This document shows positions 35,170 through 63,921 of a stretch of 64,000 bases of DNA, piece by piece. The translations under genes were made by a program, and so were the position numbers. Numbering within the stretch: position 1 is the first letter of the stretch; each line of letters starts with the position of its first letter. Origin of the DNA: Salpingoeca rosetta. Taxonomy: Eukaryota; Protista; Choanoflagellata. The stretch is from contig JAWQFM010000020.1 of assembly GCA_033442325.1 (NCBI GenBank), positions 73,523 to 137,522 of the forward strand, written 5' to 3'. The notes below the pieces were generated by a model. That model saw nothing but the letters and a program-made list of their open reading frames with translations, made no database searches and was not told where the DNA came from.

Positions 35170-37973
35170 TCAACAGAGGTTGAACTTGCTGCGGTAGAAT
35201 GCGAGCACACGTGGATGCGCGCGTATGGACTTTGCACTGAATCGCTTCACGCACAGACCTTCGTACGTGCGCGCACGCGAAAGTGCAACATACGCCTGCC
35301 CCCACTCAAACACACGGCTCAAGTCAACTTCCAACGCATCGAGTGTCATTCCTGTGACAATGATGGCAGACGGTATGATACAAGCAAGCGTGCATGTGAG
35401 CCATTTCGTTTCGCATGGCACGCGCGTTCAGCGTCTTCACACATATCGCAACCTTACCAGTGCCAACGGAACAATCATCATCATCATCATCATCATCATC
35501 AACATCATCACCACCACCGCCATCATCATCATCACCACCACGACGCACGCACGCACGCACACACACACACACACACGCACGCATGCACACACATGCACGC
35601 ACACACGTGTTCACCTTGTGACTTGTGGATGGAGACGGCCCAGGCGAGGCGCAGCGGCACCTGTTTGCACTCCATCACGCGTCCTGCTGCTGTACGGATT
35701 CGCCACGTGTGCATTCGCACCGTCTCCTCGCGTCCATTAGCAAACTAACCGCAACGACACCATCGCCGTGATGCAACACAGGTGTGAATTACGGGAGTCA
35801 AAGTACTCGCTCGCGCGTACGTGCATTTGAACACACACACACACACAGAAAATCTTTAGTTGACACGCATCCTTCCATGCATGCACAGACACACACACAC
35901 AGATACCGGCATATGCACAAACACAGCTGCATACAGCGACACACAACTATACACAAGACACACAGAGTTGTATGCACACACGTTCGCCCACAATCACACT
36001 GACCTCCACGACGGGCCAGCCAACAGCGTCGAATTTCACGACAACACCGCGTGATCCATTGGCCAGACCGGCAGACACATTCACATTCGCAGACAGCATC
36101 ACCTGCAGCCGTTGACACACAACCACAAGAGCGCAATGGTGAGGGGCGAAACCATCTTTGACCTGTCGAGGTGCGATCAAATCATGCACATCGAATGTCT
36201 TGGGCGTAGCCCGACTCGATACACCATCAGCCGAGCGTCCTGCATCTTGCTTTCGCTTCTGCTGTTCACAGAGTGCACAATACACACACACACACACTCA
36301 CACTCACACACACAGAAACACTCACACACACACACTCACACGCATACATACACACACGTGTTCTACCGACCTGAGCGCCAACTTTCAGTTCCAACACCTT
36401 CTCTACTCGTGACGCGAGCGACGACCGGCTCACGTCTACGCGGCAATGAACGGCATAAAAGCACATGGCGCGAAACAACACCGTGATGGTACGAAACGCG
36501 ATGAAGTGGCGTACATGCGTGAGTACATGTGTGTGTGCGCGCATTCGTGTGTGCATGCATGTGTGCATACGTGTATGCGTGCGTGCGCGCGCTCTGACGG
36601 TGCGTCATACAAACGAAGAGCCGTTCACAAGGGCTGGGTGCAAGCGTGAATCCTCTCTCCTGTTTGTGCAAGACTCAAGGCACTAAACTCCTTGTCACAC
36701 ACACACACACACACACCCTGTACCACCGAAGAATACCAACCAGGTGAGGCGTCTGATCGGGTGAACAGCTTTGAAGATCCAGACAGTTTGGACAGCTGCT
36801 GTTCATTGATTTGCTGTAGTGGGAGAGGTAACAGGCAGTGGGAGAGGTAACAGGGTTGCGTCGAGTGTAAAATCGTAGTGAGCATCAGTGCACATGTAAC
36901 AGCCAATACGCCAACTCGTGCTTGCACACACACACACACGCACTCGAACACACAAACAAGCACGTACAAACACGTACAAACACGTCCAAGTACGTACACC
37001 CCCCAACCTCATACAAACACATGCACATACACAAAAGCCACACGCATCAGAATTGCCACACCTTTGCCTCCTTGACGTGGGTGCACAGCCGTGTTGCGCG
37101 AATGTGGCTGGAATCCAGCCTGTGCGTGGCCGAGCGCTGAATGTACGTGATGTCAGATGGTGTGCACTGGCCAAGACGGCAGCGGTGAAGAATGTCCACA
37201 AACGTGCGGTCACGTTGTCGATGAACCTGCACATCAAACACAAAGGCAAGTGATTGTCAAATGCAAGCCATATGTCGTCACAAGGTTGAGCCGCGACGCA
37301 TTCGCTGCACATATCATACGCACTTTGCTTGCACGGCGTAATCCAACAACGAACACACCCCAACACATGCACACATTCCAATGCACATGGTCGAAGTTGT
37401 TTCCATAAACACACGCACACGCACATTCGAATGCGCACACTCATTCGCATCACCACATACATACATGCAGCACACAACGCAGCATTCAGGACAACACCCA
37501 TCAACCCACCTGCGAGAGATGAAAGCATTCGTGCACACACGCATCCCACGACTTGGCCTGAAAGCAGAACTGTGTCTCCTCGCCGCGTTTGGTGACAGGA
37601 GGAAGCTGCAGGAAATCGCCCACAAGCACGAGCTGCAGTCCACCAAAGGGCTTGTTGCACCGCCGCACACGCCGTGCTGTCTGCTCCAGCTGATGGTGCA
37701 CATCATAACATCACAACTTGGCATGTTAGCAGAGCGGCATGGTACCTGCACACAGCGCAGGAACTCTTGACACGCACGTTAGCACGCGCACTCCGCCCCA
37801 TTGCGTGCTGATATCGACAACAGGGCTCGCAACCAGCTCCCCCACAGCGCCTGTGCGTACTTGGTCAAAGTAAGGCGCGTCGATCATGGACACCTCATCA
37901 ATCAACAGAACTTTGGCGGTCGTCCACGCCGATGTGTTCACCGGCAGCCGCGACGAGCCCGCCTGAACAAAGC

Positions 37974-38057
<84 letters not shown>

Positions 38058-40172
38058 ACAGTGTGCAACGAGCCAAATGAGATTGCACTAGCTGTAACAA
38101 ACCTAACACCGGGCGCATGTCACAGCAATGTTGACGGCTCAAATGCAAAGTGACATCCACGTCGTTCACACATATCGCACCTGAACGCCAGCAAAGGCGT
38201 GCAGCGTCGTGCCTCCGATTGCGCATGCAGCCACGCCCGTGCTTGCTGTCACAACCGTTGTCGCCTTTGGCAAGGCCTCAATAATCTTGCCAATCAAGTA
38301 AGACTTGCCTGTGCACAGATGGGATGCACAGCAAGCAGATGCACGCATTCATCGCGCATACACACATACATCAGCCCACTGCTACAGCCGAATGCACACA
38401 CGCACACACATACACATACACATGTACATAACTGTAACTGCACGCCTCACCTCGACCAAAACAACCATGGCAAGCAGTCACAATGATGTGGGATCTGTTG
38501 AGTTATGTCACCTGTGCCAGCGCTGCCTGTGAAGAACACGTTTCGTCCCGACAAAACTGCCATCAACACATCTGCATGACGCGACATAATCAATTGCAGT
38601 ATGCATGGTGAAAACTCGGCAAGGGAACACATATCACTATCACTGACAAACAGGCTTACACGCACACATACACATGCACGCACGCGTACCGATTTGATGA
38701 TGTACATGACCAGAGTGAGGGTGGTGTGAAACTGAGGAATCCATACATCGGCCAGATCCAACCATTACCTTTCTGCTCTGGGGTGAGTGATGCGTCAATG
38801 GCGGGATTGCCAACAACACCGCCTTCGGCCACGGCTCGCAGTGCCCGGGACGGCCGCTTTAGATTTCCTCCTGCTTGGCTCTGCACCTTGCATGATTTCC
38901 TGGGCGGAGAGCTACCCTCATGGCATGATGGCAACACATTGCACATGAGACACAGTGTTGTTTGAACCACCTCAATTTAGTGGTGGAAACAAGGGTGCTG
39001 GTATCGGCTAGTGTCGGTGGTGATAGTAGTGGTCCATCCAATGGCTGTACATCTACACACACACTCGCACGCACATGCTCACATACACTCAGACTCGCAC
39101 ACACGCACATGCTCACATACACTCAGACTCGCACACACGCACACACACACGTCCACGCCCACACACCCCTACACATACACACACGCACACATGCACACCT
39201 TGGTTCGAGTTGGTTGAGCTGAATGGCACCAAGAGGCCGACGAATACGAGGGTCCAGGCGAAGGCTCGTTGGCTGCTCTTCATCCTGGTTGAGCTTCCGT
39301 CGATCAACAGATGTCCGCAACTATGATCACACACGCCCCAACGCCAACGACAACCGACGTGAGTCATAGCAACAAGCATACTCTGTGCGTGTGTGTGTGT
39401 ATGTGTGTGTGTGTGTATGTGTGTGTGGGTGTGGGCTGTCGTCCGCCTGTGGTGTTCGTCGTCGCCTGAGACGATGTGATGTGGTGTCAGGGGCCAACCC
39501 CACACCTGCTTCATTAGGGCCGTAAGCCTGAGACGCAGTTGTGTTGGATCGGCCTTGGAGATGTTCACATGAACTCCTTGTTCCTTTAGTGATATGGTAG
39601 CTTTCCCAGCAGAGATTTCGGGGCCGAACAGCGACACATGCCCTTGCATCGTAAGCACCTGTTCCATCTGCCAAAAACGAGCACACCGATCCGCACCGTA
39701 GGTGAGAAGGGCATGGGGTCGCGTGCACGTGTGTCCACACTCACTTTAGCCCCGTGACTTGCCAAGGCAAACATCAACACAACAAGCAGCACGCACACAC
39801 GCACACACGCACACACACACGCACACACGCACACACAAACACACGCACACACAAACACACAAACACACAAACACACGCATACACGCACACACGCACACAC
39901 GCACACGCACAAGCACAAGCACAAGCACACGCACACACAAACACACAAACACACAAACACACGCATACACGCACACACGCACGCACACACGCACACACGC
40001 ACACACGCACACACGCATACACGCATACACGCACATGTTCATAGCGAATGATGATGCTTGGGATCTTTGCCTCATCCATTCCAAAGTCCAGCAAGGCCTG
40101 CTTGGTGCTCGAGAGCTTGCGCTTCTGCCGCCCTCGCTTGTCCAAAAACACGACCACTGCACGACACTCCAT
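35170..40172 (-). CDS. PIF1: PIF1 5'-3' DNA helicase with N-terminal PINT-like domain
   Basis: [10 protein letters not shown]|[64 protein letters not shown]|[31 protein letters not shown]|[14 protein letters not shown]. Confidence 0.95.
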
Positions 40173-40698
40173 CCTCGTCCCTCGAGTTTGAAATTTCCCG
40201 GCACAGAAAAGTGTTTGAAATGTTCCATTGCTTTTCTGCAAGGCAAGATGCTGTGTGCATCGCGTTTCCTTTTGTCTCGTGTACAGGTCGTACACCTGGT
40301 ACACTGCCTTTTGCACGAAGCGAAGTGTCTCACTTCAGCTTCAGAGAACCCTAGCCAGCTAGCCCTACCACCAACAAGCGGGCAAGTTGACAAGCAAGCT
40401 GACAAGCAAGCTGAAAAACTGACAGAAGCGCGTGTATTTCAGCACGTAAGCAAGCCAAGAACAGAGCTGGAGAGATACAGGGAAGGAGCAAGTCCTGGAG
40501 AACACATGGAGATAACTAGATAAAGAGAAAGAACAAACACAAACAGACACGACGCACAGACAAACAACTCTCCCACAACACAACAGGCAGACTAACGTGA
40601 GCAGCCACACTCCCATTCCCTTCCAACCTTGCGGCCGTCGTTTTAACAATTGAGTAATGTAAACTTTAATGTAACACAACCAACACTCAAACAATGTC

Positions 40699-43600
40699 TC
40701 AGCTGCACCCGACAACTTCGATGATGACACGGTAAATTGGAGCAGACCTGCGAACAAAGCCGGCAACCTTCACCAAGTACTCGCCATCGTACGGGGCATA
40801 CACGGCGACGTCAGTCTCCAAATCACCATCCCGCAGCCTCTGCAGGCCAAGCGGGCGGCCGTTGTTTCGGTGAATGCCCACGTTGACTGAATTGGCCGTG
40901 GCCGGGTCCAGGTCGACGTGCGCGCGAATGACGCCGTGCCTGCAAGCACGCACCTTGAACCAGTCAAGCTCGCCGTTGCACAAGACACCGTAGTATGTGC
41001 CGGGGCTGAAAGTGCGCTGCAAGTTGCGGCGGTTGTCATTGGGCTCATACCCATCGTTGGCAGGGCATGACAGCGAAGGGAAATCGCCAGCAGCTGGTGT
41101 CGTGGTCGTAGTTGTGGTGGTGGTGGGGCAATCCACGGAGATGGAGATGTCGTACGCCGTGCTCTGATCGTTGTAGCTGTACACAACAAGGTAGTACAGC
41201 GTGTCATACCCAGTCGTGTCTGTGTGGGACAGCTCCTCGTTGTCCGAGGTCGAGTATCCAGTCGACACACCAGCTCCTGCTTGCGTGTACAGGACGGCGT
41301 CAAGGTCACTCACAGCTTGGCTGAATCCAACTGTGATCGACACGGTACCGCCGCCGCACACCGGCACGCGGTACCAGTCCACATCACTATCACAGATCAC
41401 CGCGTTCACTGCCACGTCATTCGCAGACAGAACAGTGGCTGTTGTGTATGCGTTGTTGCTCTCAAGGCCGTCATTCACACAGGCCGTTGTGGTGGTTGTC
41501 GTCGTGGCTGTTGTAGTCGTCGTAGTTGTGGTGGTGGTGGGGCAATCCACGGAGATGGAGATGTCGTACGCCGTGCTCTGATCGTTGTAGCTGTACACAA
41601 CAAGGTAGTACAGCGTGTCATACCCAGTCGTGTCTGTGTGGGACAGCTCCTCGTTGTCCGAGGTCGAGTATCCAGTCGACACACCAGCTCCTGCTTGCGT
41701 GTACAGGACGGCGTCAAGGTCGCTCGCAGCTTGGCTGAACCCAACTGTGATCGACACGGTACCGCCGCCGCACACCGGCACGCGGTACCAGTCCACATCA
41801 CCACCGCAGATCACCGCGTTCAAAGCCACGTCGCTTGTGGACAGGACAGTGGCTGCTGTGTATGCGTTGTTGCTCTCAAGGCCATCGTTCACACAGGCAG
41901 TTGTGGTGGTTGTCGTCGTGGTTGTCGTGGTCGTTGTAGTTGTGGTGGTGGTGGGGCAATCCACGGAGATGGAGATGTCGTACGCCGTGCTCTGATCGTT
42001 GTAGCTGTACACAACAAGGTAGTACAGCGTGTCATACCCAGTCGTGTCTGTGTGGGACAGCTCCTCGTTGTCCGAGGTCGAGTATCCAGTCGACACACCA
42101 GCTCCTGCTTGCGTGTACAGGACGGCGTCAAGGTCACTCACAGCTTGGCTGAACCCAACTGTGATCGACACGGTACCGCCGCCGCACACCGGCACGCGGT
42201 ACCAGTCCACATCACCACCGCAGATCACCGCGTTCAAAGCCACGTCGCTTGTGGACAGGACAGTGGCTGTTGTGTATGCGTTGTTGCTCTCAAGGCCGTC
42301 ATTCACACAGGCCGTTGTCGTCGTTGTCGTCGTGGTTGTTGTAGTCGTCGTAGTTGTTGTGGTTGACGTTGTCGTGCTTGTGCTTGTTGTCGTGCTTGTG
42401 CTTGTTGTCGTGCTTGTGGTTGTCGTCGACGTTGTCGTGCTTGTGGTTGTTGTCGTGCTCGTTGTCGTCGTGCTTGTTGTTGTTGTCGTGCTCGTTGTCG
42501 TCGTGCTTGTGGTTGTTGTCGTGCTCGTTGTTGTTGTCGTGCTCGTTGTCGTCGTGCTTGTGGTTGTTGTCGTGCTCGTTGTTGTTGTCGTGCTTGTTGT
42601 TGTCGTGCTCGTTGTTGTTGTCGTGCTTGTTGTTGTTGTCGTGCTCGTTGTCGTCGTCGTTGTTGTCGTGCTCGTTGTCGTCGTAGTTGTCGTCGTAGTT
42701 GTCGTGGTTGTTGTCGTGCTCGTTGTGGTTGTGCCGTCCGCGACGACTGACCCCGTGATGCGGTACTGTCCGAGTGAGCCATAGTCGGTTGCGAGCACCG
42801 CTGGGTCGCCCACGCCGTCAATCTCAATGTAGTAGGACCCCGCCGCCAGCGACGCCAGCGACACAGATGCGTCCGTGCTGCCGCTTGGGCTGCTCACCGC
42901 AATTGGTGTGCCGTTGCTGTCATACACCGTCAGCTTGATGTCCAGGTTGTTCCCCGGCGTGTCCGTGCTTGAGTACCACGGTGTCGCGTACACGCTGATG
43001 CTGCCCTGCCCAGCCAGCTGCACCTTCCACCAATCCTTGTCCGTGCGCACAGAAATCACGCCGTCCGCCTTGAAGTCGTTGCCGCCCGTGTACGTGACGC
43101 TCGTGGCTGTGGCGGGGGTGTCTCCTGCCTCGTCAGCGGCAAAGCCCGTCTGCCCGCCGATGATCGAAACGTCGTCCTGGGTGTTGGTGGCGCCGGCATA
43201 CTCTCCGTTGCTGAACTGCGTCACGGCTTTTCCGTATCCAATGCCCATGATGGGTGCTGATGTGCAAAGGAATACATATCATAAAGACGCATTGTAAGAT
43301 TGTAGTGAGCACCACAATCACAAGCACGAGCACAAGCACGAGCAAGTGCAATCGACGAAGCAGTGCCGTGCGACTTTCACCCCCACCCCACACCCCACCC
43401 CACCCCACCCCCACCCCCCCCCCCCACACACACACACACACATAGATTACCCTCTCGTGCCTTCGCATCGCGTGAATTGAATGCACGGCAAACAAGCTCA
43501 CCCCATGAGTTTGCGCTTGTGGTTCCATCCAGGCCCCGATAGTAGGAACTGCTCCCGTACCCGTCGTGGTTCAGCCCAAAGTTGTGACCTGTGGTGTGGG

Positions 43601-45342
43601 ATGGTTGTTTGATGGTTGTTTGATGGTTGTTGGTGTTAGACGACGTAACTCAAAACAGCAAAGTCGATGATGTGGACGTGTTGGGGAAGGAGGGTGCAAG
43701 AAGGGTACGTCTGATACGTGCTCAAGGTGCTGAACAAGCAAGTTTGGGGATGTGTGTGTGTGTGATGTGCCGCACCTGCTTCGTGTGATGCGGCCTCGGA
43801 GATGTAGGGGGCGTATCCATCACCCAGGTTGTCGTAGTACACTGCCGGTGGTAAAATTATGTGGATACAAAGGTCAGAAGCACGCAAACAAACAACCACA
43901 CGACAACGCGGGCGTGGTGACACACAAACACACACACAAACACACACAAACACACACAAACACAATGCACACACACACACAAACGCACACAACGTACCGA
44001 GGGCTGGGGAATAATACTCGTAGATGGATGAGCCAAACACATTCAAAACCGCCACACCGCCAGAAGTATGACGTGGCATGGCGTAGCCTGTCGTCTGCAC
44101 GCTCAGCGTGATGAGCACGTGCATGTCTGTCGGCCCCTGGGTGACGAATGGCTCTGTTGTGACGTCGATGTTGAACGGAGCGTAGTCCTCGGCAATGCGC
44201 TGCCAAATGAGGGCAATCTGGCCCTGTTCATAGGACGAGAACGCGGTACCGTCGTTGGATGGATCATACGGACGGGCAGAGAAGGCGCCCCAGTAGTTGT
44301 TGCTGGTGGTGGTGTGGCCATCAAAGTCGAGCACCATGGTGTTGGGCGCACCCGGTCGGCTGTGGTAAATGGGCAGGCCTGCAGCCAGGGTTGGAAGCGG
44401 GGTTCATGAAAGGGAAGGGTGTGCTTGTGAGAATGCTGTGATAGCTGACCGACTTTTGGCTCACATCACATGAGACGCGCACTAACCACACAAAGGCACA
44501 ACACAGAGGAACGAGGCTGTGGCACATCCACAAGAACGCACACACAACGCACACACAACGCACACACAACACACATACATGCACATCTCAACACACACAC
44601 TTATAGAACACCACACTTACATACCGTTGTTGTCGTAAGATGATGGTGGGTTCTCTGTGAGGAAGCGGCGGCCGCGCCCGTGTTCCTCCTCGACGCGTTC
44701 CCTCGACACGGGCGGCACTGGAAAGTCGTCTGCGACATACGGTTCGCCGTCTGGACCAAAGTGCAGCGTGCGGCCGTCGACAGCAGGGATGTCCATCTTG
44801 TCCAGCTTGTCCTGGGCGCGCTTCTTTGCCGCAGGCGGGAGCTCGCTCAACTCAGCGAATGCAGCTGGGGCGTTGTCCTTGAGCGTGTTCATCTTCAGCT
44901 TGGAGGGCGGTGCGCCAACAGCGAGGGAGCGCCGGGCCTTACCATTGCTGCTGCTGCTGCTGTTGTCTGTGTCGCTGTCGGGGCCGTGGATGCGGTCAAC
45001 CTTTGCCTTGCCGTTCGCAGGCGCTTCAGCAGCGAGCGACGAGGGCGCCTTGACACGCTGCACGGTCAGGGGGCGGCCTGCTGCGCCAATCGCCGATGGG
45101 GCCTTGATCCTGTCCACGTCCAGGTCCTTGAGCGAGGGCAGGCCCGCGTCACTTGCTGATGCCAATGCTGCTGCGGCGTCTTGGGCGCCAGCGTTGTGGT
45201 TGTCACTGTTGTCGTTTGGCTGAATCTTGGTGCGAAGGGGGCGAGCAGCCGCCATGTGTGGCGGAGCCATGCAACCCATGGCGAGGGCAACGCACACCAG
45301 TGCGGTTGCCATCGCCGCGCGGCGAACGCGAACGATTGTCAT
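40699..45342 (-). CDS. Secreted metzincin metallopeptidase with propeptide, PPC-like domains and Thr-rich linker; 5 exons
   Basis: Signal peptide; propeptide ending RGRR. Catalytic region LPIYHSRPGA..LDFDGH, IWQRIAEDYAPFNIDVTTE, SGGVA, EAASHEA|GHNFGLNHDG (HEXXHXXGXXHD), Met-turn APIMG. PPC-type motifs D.DWWK/D.DWYR and DLDAVLY. Confidence 0.88.
41100..42312 (-). repeat. Three near-identical 414-bp coding tandem repeats (PPC-like domain plus poly-Thr)
   Basis: The unit ACVNDGLESNNAY...YDISISVDCPTTTT recurs with a 414-nt period. Confidence 0.95.
42313..42733 (-). repeat. Coding Thr/Ser mucin-like linker (~140 aa)
   Basis: (STTTT[T])n. Confidence 0.95.
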
Positions 45343-46664
45343 TGTCGAGTGTGCTTTGAACCCTTTTGATGGGGTCGAGATGAGACGCTAAGTTGAAGGC
45401 GAAGGGCTAGCTGCAAACAACAAGCAACTTTTGGTTGTTGTTGTTGTTGCCTGCTGTTGTTGGGAATTAGAACAACTCTGGTTGCTTTTGTTGGGGCAGG
45501 TGCTGTGCACGTCAAGAGACTCCTCAGTTGGAGTGAGTGGTGGAAGGGTGGAAAATGAAACTCGTGTGGGTGGCGGAACAGCAGATTATGTTTGGTCTGT
45601 CGTTCGGTGGTGTGGTGCAGCAGCTGCTGATTTTGACGACGTCCTTGCGTTTGTGTGCTTGGCTCTTGCCTGCTTCTTGCTTGCTTCTTTGCTTGCTCCA
45701 CTTTGTTGTGTGTGTTGTCGCCGCCACTGGTTTTGCCTGCCTTCTGGCGTGGGTATCGTTCTGACTGTTCATGACGTTGGTGGGCGGCGGCGCTGGGTCA
45801 TCCATCCACGTGCGCACGAGCAAGCGAGGTGGTGGGCGTTGCAGTGTCGGCAAACACAAGCATAAACGCATCCACAAACGCAACCAGGGCAAGCAAAAGC
45901 AAGCCAGTCACTGGCACTGGCGCTGGGCAATCGCTTGCGTCGTCGCTGTTAAGTTCTGTCGCAGTGCAACATGGGTGGCGAAGATTGTGGGGGGTCGCGA
46001 AGCGTGCATGCAAGCAAGCAAACTCAGTGGCGTAGTTGTGTTAAAATTGCATGAAATCAAATTAATGTAAAATAAAACTAAATTGTGGCGCGACTGGAAG
46101 CTCTTGGGCCACATGTCTGTCACTGTCACTGTCACTGTCACCACCCCACACAACCCCACACAACACGCCACGCTGCCCTCCATCTGCATCGCTAGTCCAT
46201 CACAACAGGGCACCGGATGAGATTTGTTTAGAACTGGCATCGCCGGAAGGACCGACGCAAGAGGAAACCGTCAAACGCTCGTCATGTAACGCGAACAAGG
46301 AAGCGAAAAAGCTGTCAAAGAGGAGCAAACGAAAAAGGAAGAAAGAACGAAAGAGCAGCACAAACGAAGGAAAGGAAAGCATTACATGCCATCACGAGGA
46401 GCCGGAGGAGGGAAAAGCACGGCATTGCTGTCATCCATCACGAAAAGAAAAGAACCCAGAGGCAACAAGAAGGAAGAAACGCAAACGCAAGAAAGCAAAC
46501 CAGGTCAACGCAGAAACGGGTTGATGGCGAAAGCTGAACGAACACGAAAGAAACAGCCACGCAAGCAAAGAAAGGCGTAGGCACGCGGGGCCAACAGTGA
46601 CAGCACCATGAGAGGTGTGCCGAGTGGAGATGGCGTCAAAACAAGACGCCTGTCACCACGTCAT

Positions 46665-61311
<14,647 letters not shown>

Positions 61312-61512
61312 CGCCGTGCTATGTGTGCGTTGATGTGAAATGGCAAAAAGCGGTCTTCTTGTGCGTTGCTTGCTTGCTTGCGAACGCGTTTACAGACATG
61401 AGGGGCGAAATTTCTTTCAGTGGGTGGCGAATGCAGCAAAGCCTAGCTGCTCGCGCCGGGAAATTTGAAATGTCGAAGAAGGAAGACACAAGCAAGCGAA
61501 GGAAGAGGTTTG

Positions 61513-61547
<35 letters not shown>

Positions 61548-61627
61548 ACACACACACGCACGCACACACACACGCACGAGATAACGCTGCCGCCCTGTGT
61601 TCCTCTTCACACATTCTTGTTGGCCTG

Positions 61628-63478
61628 CTAGGTCTTTGCCTTATCGTCACTGCTGCTGCTGCTGCTGCTGCTGTTGTTGTCGTTGCTGTTGCTTCCCTTT
61701 TCATCGAGGTGCCGCCGCACGAGGCGCTCCAACCGGTCAATATGGTCATCGGGGTGATGTGGCGCAATCTCCCGCAGGGCATGCGCAAGGTTCAGCAGAC
61801 TGCAATGGTTGTGGTTGTGTGTGCACGTGTGTGTGTGCGTATGTGTTTGTATGTGTGTTTGTATGTGTGTGTATGTGTGTGTGTGTGTGTGCGATGCACG
61901 TGTTGACGTGAATGGGTGAGAGTCGCTGTACTGTGAGTCTGTCGTCACGCACACACACACACACACACACAACACGCGCACCACGCGACTCACTATTCGG
62001 AGTTGGGACCGCTTGGGCCGACGGAGGTGGCAATCACTCTGGCAATCTCCTCCTCATCGCGCACACCTGGCCCAAGTGGAAGCATGGACATGAGTACACG
62101 CTGGGTCTTTGTGTGTACACCTTTCTTGCAGCGTGCTGCTAATTTGCTGGTGCTCAAATACACACACACATTCGCACACGCACGCCCGCTCGCACGCACA
62201 CACACAGGTGTACACACACATGTATGCGTACATGCGCAAAGGCCACCATCACAGCACCACACACCAGTAAACTGGGGGTTGTCCTCGGTGCCGACGTAGA
62301 CGAGGCAGTTCAAGGACGAGGTGCCAACATTGTCAACGTGTTCCTCATGCACCACCGCCTCCACAACCTGGCGACAAAAGGCCGAGATGGGAACCAATGG
62401 ACACACATCATCAGTGCAGGGCCATACGTTAGAAACAGCCACCATACGCACACAAGCTCACCGACAAACATGGGTACACATCGACAGGTTGATGCGAAAG
62501 CACAATGTGACACCAATGCAGAGCATGCGCAAGGGTTGCCCCTGTGTGTGTGTGCTTGTCTTATCGGTCAGGCTCTCTTTCTCCTCTCCTGCTTCTTCTC
62601 CCTTGCTCCCTCGTTCTCTCAATCCCTTACACGCACACACACGCACACACACGCACACACACGCACACACACGCACACACACGCACACACGCACACTCTC
62701 TCCCTCCCCCTCCCTCCCTCCCTCCCTCCCTTCTTCGCATACAGCTCTTGTTCTGACCTGGGTTTTGTAGCCGCCCTTCTCGCGATAGTCGAGGTGCGCC
62801 ATAATGTCATCTGCACGGTCCGAGTGTATCCTGTACGCCACACCCCACACCCTATCGTGCTCGTTCTCGCTTTCCATCAACGTGACAACCCGCCCCGGCG
62901 CGCCTGCACCAGCACAAAAAAGGAATGAATAGCGCACCATTGCGGGGGGGGGTGAGTGTGGCAGAGGAGCAAGCGTGGATTCCACGCTGAGGTCATTAAC
63001 CAGAACCACGAAACACCGCATCGCGATGTGCAAGCGACCAACCCCGAACACACGACCCACCTTGTCCACACTCATTGTTACAACACAACACCCGCCGCCG
63101 TTGTTTTCACACACACATGCACGCACACGCACACACACACACATGCACACGCACACACACACACACACACACAGACCTGGGACACCTCGATGGTCTTCTG
63201 AGAATTGGTAGAACCGTCGCACGTAGCCCTCAATGAAGCACGGCACCGCCTCCCTTCACCAATACAATGCACACCAGTGAGACATGAACGAGTGTGCAAA
63301 ACACAAGGCACGACGACGAAACGAACCACGACAAACAACGCTGTGGTGCTGCTTACTCGTGTTCAAAGCCGACTTTCCAGGTAAGGCTGCCGTAGCCAAA
63401 CACCCACAGGGGGTCGGGCCACTTTCCGCTGTCTCCCCCCTCGTTTGCCTCGTCGCGCTGGCCCGCGTTGCTGCTCAT
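61628..63478 (-). CDS. CHAC2: Glutathione-specific gamma-glutamylcyclotransferase (ChaC, ChaC2-like)
   Basis: LWVFGYGSLTWK, GYVRRFYQFSEDHRG, PGRVVTL, VWGVAYRI, LDYREKGGY, GPSGPN..LLNLAHALR. Confidence 0.92.
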
Positions 63479-63921
63479 CACGCCGATGCCGCTAACGCTA
63501 TGCTGCTGCTGCCTTCTTGTTGTTGCGCGTTCCTCCTCGTCTGTCTGTCTTTTTACTCTGCACTCCTGTATTCTATTCTTGCCATGAATTTGATGCGAAA
63601 GTAATTTTTCTGCAACGGCTTCGTTGGAGACGGAGCACAGCCACCAAAACACACCAACGCAGCCACAAGCCAAGCAGACGAGCCCACTGCTGCTGGCTGC
63701 TGCTGCATCTGAGAACGACTGGCGTGCGTGTGAGCGGCGCAGGAAGCGCGGGAGGGAGTGAGACACTTGCACACACACACACACAGAAAGAGAAGTAGCA
63801 GGAAGAGTGCACAGGGCGGTGTACAGCTACAGCACACAACAACGAACAACGCAAGCAGCGTGAACTGCTCAGGGTTCCATCACCGCGACACACACCACAA
63901 CAACACACACACACACATACC

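Noticed and set aside
41100-42312. Regularly spaced repeats as a CRISPR-like array
   Set aside because: The units are 414-bp in-frame protein domains with no unique spacers, in a eukaryotic context
41112-42827. Long plus-strand and alternate-frame ORFs (poly-Val, RQQ-rich)
   Set aside because: They are shadows of the Thr-rich repeated protease exon
45343-46664. Possible ncRNA or small gene in the longest intergenic stretch
   Set aside because: No recognisable RNA fold or credible ORF; it is consistent with the receptor 3' UTR and the protease promoter/5' UTR
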